A DNA stretch of 64,000 nt. Source: a virus. The stretch spans positions 39,851-103,850 of the IMG/VR virus record IMGVR_UViG_3300045988_027877; one strand, written 5' to 3'. How positions within the stretch are numbered: the first letter of the stretch is position 1; each line of letters begins with the position of its first letter. The notes beneath the pieces are model-generated. The model was not told the DNA's origin and searched no databases. It worked only from the letters and a program-made list of their open reading frames with translations. Of this stretch, positions 24,001-37,400 are shown piece after piece. The translations under genes were made by a program, and so were the position numbers.

Positions 24001-27000
24001 GATCTATAATTGCTAGATACAATAGAGATGTACAGCAAAATGATATTATAGACGAGTCTGTAAATGCTGCTAGAAAGTATGCTAATGATATTATTAAGGC
24101 AGATCTTGATAGATATACTTAGAATGACAGATCTTATAGTGAAGTAAGCGAAATAGAAGATGCTCAGAATGAGGATACACAAGATACTCAGATGATATCA
24201 GAAGAAGAGCCTGACTTTACTCCAACTGGAGAAGGAGATAACTCTGGATCTCAAATAGCATCAACTGACTTAGATGTTAAGCAGAGAGAAGAAGAAACTA
24301 GTCTGGTAGAGGATGTATACACTGAATCTGAAGAAGATAAGTTAATTGCTAAGGATGAAGAGACTGGAGACATAGAAGAGATGGATATAAGTGATCTAGT
24401 TACTGTAGCAGATGATGCTGAAGATGTATCAAACGAAAGAACTGTTGATGATATAACTGAAGAGGAGATAACTAGAGATACTAAAGACGATACACAAGAT
24501 AAGATAGATATGGAAAATCTTATGGATGCATCTAACTTTAGAGATCCTGACGATGACTTTGGTTTAACATCTGATGATAATCCTTTCTTAGATCCTCAAA
24601 CAGAACCCGAGATTCCAGATGCTATAAAAGCTACTATGATAGAAGATCAACCAGAAGAACTTCCTTTCATTGATCCTGTAGCTCTAGAAAGATCAGCAAA
24701 TAAAGCATTTCCTGATGCAGAGGACTACTTTATAGATAATCAAGGTAGAATGTTCTTGAATGGTAAAGAGGTTACTAAAGAACAGATTGAGAAAGAGAAT
24801 CTAGCTGAACAATACTCTGATGATTCTACTAAGACCCTATCGGAAAAAGCTAATGAACAGGAGAAGGAAAAGGGTATAGTACCGGGTCTTTCGTCTTCTA
24901 CTAGCATAATGAATAGTTGGTTAGTAGGAAGAACATTATTTTATAGACCAGATGCTACTAAGCCTATGGATCTTCCATTCAAAGTAAAAGGAGCAAAGAA
25001 TATACACTCAGGAAAGGAGTTAGGAGAGGCTATGGGTGATCCTAATTTCTTATCTGATGCTAAGGTATACTTTGTTCCGGGACCCACTATGTCTTCAAAT
25101 GAAGCTGCTTTTGATCCTAATGATCCAACTACATATAGAAATGCAGCTGTCTACATGATTATAGACAAGAATGGAGAGATATATGCTGCGGCATATAGAA
25201 GCAACGCTAAAGCTGCAATCGACTATCAACACAGACTAGGTAGTGTACCTAAAGAGTCTAAAGCTGCCGAAGACTTAAATACTCTTGCTGCTCAAAAAGA
25301 AAAGATAGTATCTTTCTACTTATAGAAATGTAAGAAGGACAAGAATGGAAAATACGTACTACCAGAAGAAGGACTTACTCATGTAGTACCTACTCAAGTA
25401 AATGTATCTAATGGTACATTTAATAACCAAAAAGATGGTAATAAACCTATCTTCAGAAAGTTATCTGAATGTAAAACATTCCAGATTCCTTTGGATCCTA
25501 ATAAAATATTGACTGAATGTACATTTGGTTATGGAGTCGGTGGTATTCAAGTAGGTTATAAAGCGGATCCGTTTGCTATTAAACAGTTAGGTACTGATGA
25601 AGTATTAGCTAGTAGTGGAGGATTTGCCGGTAAGATGGCTATATTTCCAAAGCCTTCTGCTACTCCGAGAGGTAGATATACTGTTCCAGTATACTTGAGC
25701 GAAAAATTCTTTAGAGACGAAAGTATTAAGAAGCCTTCTGACATTAAGTTGAGAAGTCACGATGAAGCTGGAAATCCTACTCCTAATGGATCATATTCTA
25801 ACTTTATGGAATATGTACTTGATTTGATTACAGATGGTGATCCGTATGGAGTACTACCGTTGATAGTTAATCAAGGTGAGAAAACACGTTTATCAGCTAA
25901 GAAACAGGAAGAAGTACAGTTCCTAGCTAAAAAGCAATTAGGCTTTGATCCTGAAACAGAATTGTTCTACTTTGCTAGTCCTAGAAGTGATAGAAATGGT
26001 CTATACTTTAGAACTGATGTACCATTAAGTGAAGTAAAGACTAACCCGATGGCTAGAAAGGCTATCTTGTGGTATATGATGTAGAACTATCACTGGAACA
26101 TGGATAAGAATGTTCTTAGTCAATCTTTACCAGAAAGACTTAGAGATCTTGCAATTCGCGTACTTGAACCGGGAGATGAAAAATTAGTGCTGTATCCCGG
26201 AGAGCTTGAATTTACTTTAGCTGAATTAGGTATTTCAGAGAAAGAAGGCAAACTAGTAAAAGACAAAGTTGCTCCACCGGCAATAGCTTGGGCGGTTAAT
26301 AGTGGTAAATTGTTAACCGATATGGGAGACTATGCCTTTAGAGACGGTTTTATATACGCAGAAGACATAACTGTGAATGAAGCTCAAACTCCAGTATCAG
26401 TATCTACTGAACCGATTAGTGTAGCACAACCTGTTGAGACTAAACCAGAGCCAGTAAAAGAACCAGAAGTACAGCCTGAGAAACCAGTAGAGGAAAAGGT
26501 AGAAGAACAACCTAAAGTAAAACCTACTTCTGAAAATCGTCAAAGTAGAAGAGCTAAGGCTCAAGAGCTAGTAAAATCTCTTAACCAACCTGATGCTAGT
26601 GCACCTAAAGTAGCTAGATATATGACTAGTGAGGAACGTGAACAATTTGCTGCTTCTCTTGGTTAGAAGGTATCTAAGGAAAACTTCGTATATCTATATG
26701 ATTTGGATGGTAAACCTCAGATGTTCATAAAATCTATGTTAGAAAAGGTATTCAAAGAAGTTGGGTTAGAACCTACTTTCTATGTTACTGGTATGTATTC
26801 TACTGAGGAAAATGAAGTAAATAGAATATCTCAAGACTTACGTGAAGCTAAATCTTGGTTGATGGATAAACTAGGTCTATCTGTAGACCAAGTAATGGTA
26901 TTCAACGGAGTAATGAGATCTGCTTCTAATGGTCCTAGAGTATATGGTGTTACTAGATTAGCTGCTAACGGAATAGGTAATATTATCCTTGGACAAGGTG

Positions 27001-30000
27001 CTGGGAAAGGTATTCAGTATCATGAAGCTTGGCATTATATAAACCTACTTGTACATTCTCCTAGAGAAAGACAGATCGTATACGATGATTATGTAAAACA
27101 TCATCCTGAATATAAGAATGCTTCTATAAATGAAGTAGAGGAAGCTATGGCAGAAGACTTCCGTAGCTGGGCTATTGTTCAGAATGCTAAGTGGTATAAT
27201 CTTGGTTACTAGACTATTAAGCTATTTAGAGCCATAAAAGACTTTGTTAAGTCTATGTTCAATATATCTGATAGTCTCTATACTACTATATATAAAGGTA
27301 TAAACAAGGGAAGATATTCTCAATATGAACTGAACTCTGTATCTATGGAGGAATTCCATAAGGCATTTACAGACAATGGTACATTCTTCTCTATACCGGG
27401 AGTACCTCAAGACAGATTGAAGAACATGCCTTCTATCATTAATCCAGATGTATTTTATAATGTATTAGACTCACTTACTAGTACATTGTTATCTGTGTTT
27501 AATGTTAGACAAGCATCTGATATATCTAAGTTAACAGAGAATCTAGATTATATTCCTTCTATTATAGAGGGAAATATGATGGCTGGTCTTACTCCTGAAG
27601 AGAATGAACAACTTATTGAAGAAGTACTTGATAACTGGGATATCTTCAGAAAAGAAATGGCAGAGCAACTATCTACTCTGAATATCAAAGCTGAGGAAGT
27701 AGAGGTAGATAAAAATGGTGATACAGAAGGACAGAATAATAATGAGAGATATGATAGAGTTGCTTTTGAATTCTCAAAGAAGCTCAATATGTCTTTCAAC
27801 GCTAAGCTATTCTTTTACTCTATTCCTAAAATGGAATATGATAAGAATAAAGAACTAGTGCCTGTAGTAGATCCTATCTTTGGACTCAATATGACTGAAT
27901 CCTTTGATGTGTCTTGGAATAAAATAATGGAAAACCTATGGGATATCGAAAGATGGGAAGATCTAGAATCTAGATGTTTAAGACTTGGTAATGCCGATCC
28001 TTTCTTTAAATCTCTATATAACTACATTAGTGGAGATAATAAACCAGATGAAAACACTTGTACTCAAATACTTACTACTATTAAAAGTGCTAAAAACGAG
28101 ATGACTTCTATAGAATTTAAGGAAGCGTTCGAAAAAGCAAACAGTAGAATACAAGATGAGGATTTAGTATTGGATGTAAAAACATCAATGAGAGCTAAAG
28201 CTGGTAAATGGCGAATCCTGGATTCCTCTTTACTTAGATTATAGAATAAATATCCTAGACAATGGGGTAAACTATTCTATGTGTCCGGTATGATAGACAA
28301 GAGTAATCCTAATAAGTTTGAAATAGACTAGGACAAACTTGAGGATTTGAATGTCGACTTTATGCTAATAAAAGAGAAGATAGACGAAATAGCTGCTCCA
28401 TTTACTTCTAAGAGACCCAAAGCCATTACATTCACAGAAGATGATATCCGCAAGGCTAGTGTTACAGCAAAAGAGGAATTAGTGAACTGGTTGAACGGAA
28501 TAGGTATAGACGTAGATATTAAGTCTATAGACTACTTATTATACGGTATGAAGTCAATGAATCCTAAACTACCTACTATTGAAGGATTCGATAAAATGTA
28601 CACTTTACTTAATGACTCTAGTAAAGGAAATATTCGTAACCAGATATTAGGCAACTTAGATGCATTATCTAAGGGAGAAACAAAACTATTAAAGCTAAAT
28701 AATCCATTCCCGGTAACAGAAGACAGTTTTATATAGAAACTGGCTATTGCTCATGGTAAGTCTCACCCAAATCCATCAGAATTTAGTGTAACTGGTCCTA
28801 ATAATACTACAGTATACCCAATAACCTAGAATAACTATATGTCTGATAGAATTAGATGGTTTAATACAGATCCTTCAGAAGTATCAAAAACTAGGAAGGC
28901 TGTGTATAATCGTCACTCTATACTGTTGCAGGCACTAGAAGACGGATCTAAATTAAGTTTAAGTACCTTTATTGCAGTTCGTAACGAAGATAATAGAACT
29001 AGTAGAGATTACTTCTAGATATCTCCAGTAGAGGACTATATATCTAAAATGGTGCTTGCTCATAACGATAGAATACTATTACCTACTATGGCAGATAAGA
29101 AGACATGGTATTCTATTAGTGGAGTTAAACTGTTCCACGATATGTTGTCTAAATCTAGATTAACTGAAAGACAGACAGATACGGGTATACAGGTTCAATA
29201 TGTTGATGATCAGATGTATCATTATTCTGATGATACACTACAGACATTTGCAGATTATTTCCTTGATGAATTTAATGCTATAGAACAGTATTACGCAGAT
29301 AAATCACAAGTAGAATAGAATCCTAATCTTGCTATTGATAATTACCACGGTAAAATAAAGAATGGTAAGATGGATAATATGGGTAATGGAGGGTATTTCA
29401 GATACTTCTCTTCCATCAGAATGAGAGGAGAAGATGGAAACTATAAATACATGCCTTTGAACCAGATGATTTATGCTTGGTCAAAATTTGATTATGATAA
29501 TAATCAAAATCAAATGCCAACCAGACTTAAACAACTTAAAAATACTTTGTTTAGTAATAGAGAAGTATTATTTGATATGATAAATGCAACTCTACAAGAT
29601 AAGGTATAGGAAGAACTTGATTTCTTAGTGGATAAAGGTATAATCAAAAAGTATGCCAATGGTGAATATGAGAACTTGTTAATACCATCTAACATGCTAG
29701 ACGATTATCATGAACGTTCTCGTTCACTTCCTAATGGAGATTCTTCTAAGAGAAGTAAGCCTGCTGCACTTTATTCATTAATTGCAAACCATGTAGCTAA
29801 CTAGATGGTTTCTATTATAGAAGTAGAGAAAGCATTTGTTGGGGATCCAGCTTACTATAAATGGAAACGCGATAAGAAACAACCATGGATAATAGTAGAA
29901 AGATCTGTAGACAAAATTAAACGTCTTGGTTCTGTATTGTCTACTGGAGATAACCTTAGAACTTATTGGGGAGACGGAGATCCTAGAAATAACTCTAAGT

Positions 30001-33000
30001 TTACAGTATTACATATGAGTGATAATGAGGTAGGATCTATCAAGTTTGACGAGTACAAAAAGATGTTTACCGCTGCTGAAGTGATGAAACATATTCAAAG
30101 AACTAACCCAAATATAGACCAGAAACGACTGGTTAATATGGTTAGTAAAGAGAATATTAACAACACTATGAAAACTCTTAATGCTAAAGTAAAGAAAGCT
30201 ATAGAGGATTCAGTAGCTAGACAGATTGCTGCATATGGTATTGATGAAAACGGTAGGGGTAGGATAAACCAAGCCGATGCTGCTGTGTACATTAGACCTG
30301 CATTGTATAAGAGAATTGTCCAAGCAGTAGGAGAATGGTCACCAGAAGTAGAAAGAGCGTTTGATCTATTAGAGAGTCCTGATGAATCATGGTTGTCAGA
30401 TCCTAAACTATACGCACAAGCTATAGAGACTCTTATCAAACCATTAAAGATGGTATACTTTGGTAATCATGAACTCACTAAGTTAGGATTGAATGTACCG
30501 GTATTTGACAAGATGGCTATCTTCCCGATGTTCAGAGTGATGGCAAAAGCAGATAACTATCATCTGTACAATCGTATGAACAATGAAGAACTAGGTGCTA
30601 TTGATATGCTTACTTTTGAATCTGCGGTTAAAGTAGGTGGTAGAAAGAAATTCAAACCATATAAAGATGCATAGAACAGTAGATTTAACTTAGAAGATCT
30701 GAATAAACCGTCCACTTCTATAGTAAATGGTGAGACTAACTTCGAAGGTTTAGATTCTGACAATTCTAAATTGCCTACGTATATTCAAGATTTGCGTAAT
30801 CTTAGATTACAGATGAATACAGATCCACACGAACATACTGATAGATCGTTAGGTACTCAGTTTGCTAAAGTAGCACTAAGTAACTTGGTCAAGAGTAGAC
30901 CGTATGGATTAAATAAAGGAGTAGAATACACTGGTAGATAGATTATAGATAATGTATTTAACTCTATTAATAGGTTATCAGATCTAGGAGCACAGAAGAT
31001 ATACGATGAATTTACTGATGATGGTACGTTATCTACTAGAAAGTTATCTAACTTCTTAATACGTCAAGCTAAAGATAGTGGACTATCCAGAGATGTGGTG
31101 TCTTCTTTCGAAATTGATGAATCCACAGGTCAAATGCGTGTTCCTCTGTCAGCATAGAGTAATAGAAGATTTATCGAAAGTAGGATTATATCACAAGTAG
31201 GAAAGAGAGCTATTGATATCAATACTCCGGGTGGTTCTGCTATCCAACACGCGTTCTTTGGATTTAAGAATACAACTATAACAGATCAAGAATTTGTAGG
31301 TAGAGCATTCAATGATGGTAAAGATCTGAGTCCTTTGAATGAAGACGGTAGTATGGACTGTATGCTTAGCACCAATTTCTTCAGACATGTAGTACCTGCT
31401 TCAGTAAGAAAACAAGGTTATACAGCTATCAGAGAATGGTTAATAGAGAAGAATATAATTGGTCAGAATGCTAAGCCGTATGCATTAGGTTATCGTATTC
31501 CAACGCAGGGTTTATCATCTACAGCATCTCTTAAAGTAACAGATGTACTTCCAGAGTCTATGGGTGATGTTATTGTAGTTCCTAATGACTTTACTGCAAT
31601 GACTGGTTCTGACTTTGATATTGACAAGTTGTATATAGTTACTGGTTACTATGATAAAGATGGTAATTATTTAGAATGTAATTGGGATGATATAGATAGT
31701 AACTCTGAACAACAATTAGTGAATGGATTAATTGATATGTATCGTATTGCTATATCTGACGATACTAACATAGATCAAACTAAAGCTCCTCTTGATAACC
31801 TTACTGAAAAGGTAAAATCAAACATTCTTCCACTAGTAATGGGTACTGCCAAAAATGAAGCTAAACCAATGTATGAATTACTTCCTTCTTATCAGTTGTT
31901 TAAAAAGTTTGAATATACCGGTGGTAAAGATGGTATTGCTCCATTTGCTCTAGCTTCTACTAATCATGCGCTTACTCAAGCACTGAATCTTAGAATGGAT
32001 TTGGGTGAAGTAGCCGATTTATACGACTTAGGTAATATAAATGATATAACTTCTCAGGATGGTGAAAGAATACTTGACTGGCTATCTGCCATGATTAACG
32101 CTCACGTGGACGTTGCTAAAGATCCTTACATCATTAACTTGAATGTTAACTCTGTTACTTATAGTATGACTGAGTTCTTGCTTAGAACAGGTAAGGGAGA
32201 AGCTACATTCTACTTCTTATCACAGCCTATTTTGAAAGATTTTGCTAACATGATTATCAAACTGAATGGTCAATATGGTGTAGATCCTCAAGACGTTTCT
32301 TATAGCCAGTTAATAGATGATACGTTATCTGGTTTAAAGAAACAGTATATGAGAGAGTTTGCCAACTTTGTTGACTCACAATCTGATGAAAATATTAAAA
32401 AGAAATTAAATCAAGAATGGGCAGGTCTATTAGATTTTGAAAGAAGCCCAGATACTCCTAGACGAGCAGTAGATGTAGAGTTACTTAAAAAAGCACTTAC
32501 TTCTAATATAGAGGGAAATAGAGATTTAAACTTCTATCTACAACAAGTATTAGTTGCTACAGCCTATCAAGACATGTTACCATATGCAGAAAGACTAACA
32601 AAATTAGTTAGATTATCGCAAATTGATACTAAGAAATATGGTAATACTTTAGCTCAGTAGGCTAACTATAGTAAATCAGTATTTGATTTTATCAGGAATG
32701 ATGGTGAATTATTCTATCAAACTGATGATAAAGGTGTGAAAATAGAAGATGAAAATCAAAACGCTCTGCTTAACTATTACTCTAATAGCTTCTTGATGAA
32801 GAAATTAAAAAATGCGGTAGATATTCCTAGATTTATATTACATCAAGATTTTATTCAAGCTACTGATATGTATGGTGGTTTGTTTAATAATATGATAAAC
32901 TCTATGATAGGAGAACGAAGTGGAATAAACAAACAATTAGCCATGAAGTTGGATTCCATTGTAGATAGTGTAATTAGAGCTAGAATTGCTAACAGTACTC

Positions 33001-34448
33001 CAGCTATGCATTTAGAGTAGGGAGAACTAAAGGAAATGGTAATGGGTAATAGAACTGTTCCTAAGAGATTACATCAACTTAAGTATGCCATATATAGAAA
33101 TATAAATGGTAGATACGATAACTTGCTTAATGGAGATGGATCAATAAGTAATGCTTTCTTAAATTACCTAATTCCAACTCTAGCTACAGACAGTACAGAA
33201 GGTGGTATTGATGCAATGTCTTTACTTAATAGTTCTATGGCTAACAGTTCTAATTTTGAGAATAGATTAATTGCATACTTTAGTGACTTGATGTCCAGTG
33301 AAGATGCAGCTGTAAGACAATTTGCAAATAGATTAGCATTGTATGCTTACTATACATCTTATGACAATAAGGCTCCAAATACGTTCTCACATTTGATATC
33401 TAGTCAGTTTAGAGTTGATTCAGGTTATGCAGATAATATAAGACAAGCTATAGGTGATATGAATACTGGACAATGGTTAGGAAATGTGTTTAATGAAACT
33501 ATAGACGAACCTACGTTAAGCTCATATCCTTCTATCGCATTAAATATTGCTAGAAACAATGCTTAGGATTCTGAAGTAGTTAAGAATGTAGTTAAACCTA
33601 AATCCAATAGATATAATAGTAAGTCGTTTATATATGCTCCATCCCCGTGGACCGATGGTACAGGTACATACCTTATGTCATTCAGTACTAAACCTAGAAA
33701 AGACGAAAGAGATTTCTTATCTATTGATTATCCTGTTTACGGAAAGAGAAATACTGTATTATATGTCAAAATAGGTAGACTTGAAGTATACGACAAGGAG
33801 AAAGGTAAAAAACTAGGATAGGCTGGACAGACAATATATGCTGCTGTACCTAGATTAGGAATACAGTCCGGATCAAATACAGTAAATGAGTATTATAAAG
33901 ACGCTTATTCTCTATCTGACTTTGATGAAAATAATATAAGTGTGTTATCCTACAAGTATTTAAATGACTTCTTTAATGATCAATCTAAGTATAAGATGTG
34001 GGTTAAAGGAGTAGACAGCAAAAATATAGATATATCACTTATACCAAGTCAATATTTCAACGAACAGTTCAATGCTCATGGATTAGACAGATTAACAGAA
34101 GATGTAGATCTATCAGAGAATTCTGCTGATAACATTATCAGTCAAGAAGTAAATGACGAGAAGCCTACTCAACAGAGTGAGAAACCTAAATCTAAAGCAA
34201 TGGAAACTAAAGAGTTAGATAGAGATATAGCAGCAGAAGCAGGTTTGTTAGATAAAGGTAATTTAATGACTAAAGTAAACCAACAATTACTAATGACAGA
34301 AGCAATGATGGAAGCAGTTCCTTATGAAGATCCTAATGCTGGAGTAGAATCATCTGGTGAAGATATATCAGACATGTTTACTTCTGAAGATGATCTTAAT
34401 GAGGATAATTTCTCAGACGATGCTTATAATAACTGTAAAGGTAAATAA
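21054..34448 (+). CDS. giant multidomain protein (4464 codons) including crAss-type virion RNA polymerase module
   Basis: Eighteen listed ORFs from 21669 to 33942 all sit in the frame of ATG 21054. I translated every gap and found only TAG (about 32), no TAA/TGA. GSDFDIDK is at 31611-31625 and HEAWH at 27021-27035. Stop TAA 34446-34448. Confidence 0.8.
27021..27035 (+). other. HExxH (HEAWH) zincin-like metallopeptidase motif inside giant ORF
   Basis: cat gaa gct tgg cat, in the context GKGIQYHEAWHYINLLVH. Confidence 0.4.
31611..31625 (+). other. DFDID putative catalytic Asp triad of crAss-type RNA polymerase
   Basis: gac ttt gat att gac, in the context FTAMTGSDFDIDKLYIV. Confidence 0.6.
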
Positions 34449-34450
34449 TT

Positions 34451-37400
34451 ATGGCAAAAGGAATATGCCCAAACTTAAGTGATCCGCAGATTAAAGCGGA
34501 GTTTGATGAGATGGTAGCTGCTCTTGGAGAAAAACAAGCATATGCTATCTGGGACATGAATAATGGTTATAGTTTAGATAAGGCTCCGAATGGGGAGCCT
34601 TCTGTACTATTCGCTAGACTATTAGAATATAATAATGATAATAGACAAGCTGCAATACAGGATAAAGCTAAAATATACACCAATTCATTTATAGAGAGAT
34701 ATGGTAATTGGATAGAAGGAGAGAAGTCTGACAAATTCTCTTATGTAGAAGGAGAACCTATTGTTAGTAAGGAATCCTTAAACATATTTGATAAACAAGA
34801 CTCTCCACTTCAGCAACAATCTATGTCTCAAATAGATGAAGCTATGAAGAAATTTAGAGCTGAACGATATGATTTTGATAAGACATTAGATACGTTAAGA
34901 CAACTAATAACTAATGCTGTACAAGCACGTATTAAGTCTATTTAGAATCGTAAGATAGCTAACAAGACTGCTTTATTAGTTCCTTTAGAGCAATAGCTAT
35001 CTGCCCTCAAGAATCCGAATATCGACTCATTACAGACCATAGTATACTGTTTATCGGATATAAAAAGAACTATGACTCGTCCAGTTAATGCCATACTTAC
35101 TGCTCAAAAGAATCTTAGAGAAGGTAGAGATAGTGGATTTAGTAATCTAGCACTAATACAACTTCAATAGGATTATTTTGGTATGTATAATAACGTGCTA
35201 GAGGAAATTGCTAGAAATGTATTTGATTCTGACATTTATAAAGACATACTTGGAGCATAGAGTTTCGATCAGATGAAGACTATGATATCCAATATGCGTA
35301 CTCAATTTGCAGCAGCTAGGCAAGGACTTATCGAACTTACTACAGACTTAGCATAGAAGACTATGTTAAAGTATGGTATCAAGGATGAACAAAGCAGAAC
35401 AGAACTGGAATAGTATGTAGGAGAAGATCTTATTACTACTGAAAATGACGTTAGTTCTCTAATGAGATGGATAGGGTCTGGAGATAAAATGAACGATAAG
35501 GCTGCTAGAGTTATGTTCGATATGATAGCAAACACTAATAATAAGACTCGTTTCGCTACTCATAAGTTCGGTAACAAGTTGTTACGTCTATAGAAACAAA
35601 TATCTCTAGGAGATCAAATGAGACTATTTGAATATGATTCAGATGGTAAAAAAACTGGTTACTTTATTAGAGACAGAAAGTATGGAGAGTTTCTTAATAA
35701 TCTTGAGAAAGAACGCAAACGCTTAAAAACTAAGTATAATGTTCCGGAAGGATAGAACATGCCTTTAGAGAAGGAAGCTAGAACTGCTTTCAATAAGGAG
35801 ATGAACGATTGGTTAAGTAAGCATTGCGAACGTAGATATACTAAGAAATATTATGATGCATTTAACTCACTTAGTCAAGAAGCCAGAGATGCACGAGACG
35901 CAATACAATTTAAGATATACAAACTACTAGATGATGTAAGAGATAGTAGAGGAAAAGTACATCTTGAGAATCTAGATGCTAAACAATGGGCACAATATGA
36001 GAACTATAATATACAGAAGAAGCAGTTGATGTCCATGTATTATGAAGATGGTACTCCTAAGACTGATTTAGATAAGTAGATAGCAGAGGAACTTACTGAA
36101 TTGAATAAAATGCTTCATGAAGGAATGCATTATGTTACCAATGAAGAGAAGTTCAACGAAGCTAAACGCGAAGCAAAGGAAAATCTTACTCCAGAACAGT
36201 ATGAAGCATGGAAAAAGAGATATACCAGAGTATAGATTAGTGATGAATTCTATAAACAACTATCTTAGATAGAGAAGAAAGAATACGGGGATAGGTATAT
36301 TGAGTTAAAGAAGATAAGGGAAGAGCTTACTAAACCGTATAGAAATGAGTATACTGGAGGTATTGATGTACAGTATATGTCATCTACTCTGCTGCATACT
36401 CTAAATAGTCTGGATAGAGAAATGCGTAAAGAGAGGAAGAACGCTCGTAAATCCAAATCTAAGAAAGAAGAAGAGTCTATAGAAGGACTTAAATTCGAAG
36501 ATATTGCAGAATCAGTTCCTACTGAACAATATAAAAGAGATAAGTAGGCAGCTATAAACAGAGGTATAGAGTTCTATGAACTATGGGAGAATCAGCACCA
36601 TATCAAGTACTATATAGGTGAAAAAGAAGTAATAGTTCCAAAATGGTACTATACTAAGATAGTTCCAAAGGACGAAAGACTTATAAATTATGAAGCACCT
36701 ACTAGAGAGTTTAGTGAAATAGATCCTAATTCAGAGTATTTCAATAGTAAATTCGATGTAAATATTGACGAGTACTATCAACCTAAAGAATCTCTTTACA
36801 AGAATAAAGAGTATGATAATTTATTTAAAGTAAAGAAGGATAAGAACGGTAATGAAGTAGCTACTAGAAATATACCTCTGTGGAACTTATATAAAGAGTT
36901 ACTCAATGGTATGGAAACATCTAATGATAAACTTACTTTCTTGACCAGAAATAATCCATATAAGTTACCACAAATGAGTGGTAGTATGTATCAATATGCT
37001 AAAGGAGATGGTATTATAAAAGGATTCTTACAATATACCAGACAAGGTATAGTAAAAGACGTAGATGATGTAGGTTACGTTGATGCTCCTACAAGTAGAC
37101 CAGATGGATCTGCTTAGAGAATGATTCCTACTTATTATATAAACAAGTTAGACGATCCTAATAAGATTACAAATGACTTAGTTGGTTCTGTTATAGCTTA
37201 CTTCAAGATGGCTGAAAACTTCAAGAATAAGACAGAGATACAACCAGACCTAGAAGTAATAAAGATGTAGATGGCTAATCGTGCATATACTGGAAAACCT
37301 ATAGGATTAGATGCTCTCAAAAGAAAGATATTTAAGCAGAGTGATAAGAAAGTAGGTGCTGATACTAATACTTATAAGTTTATAAGTAGGTTTATGGATA

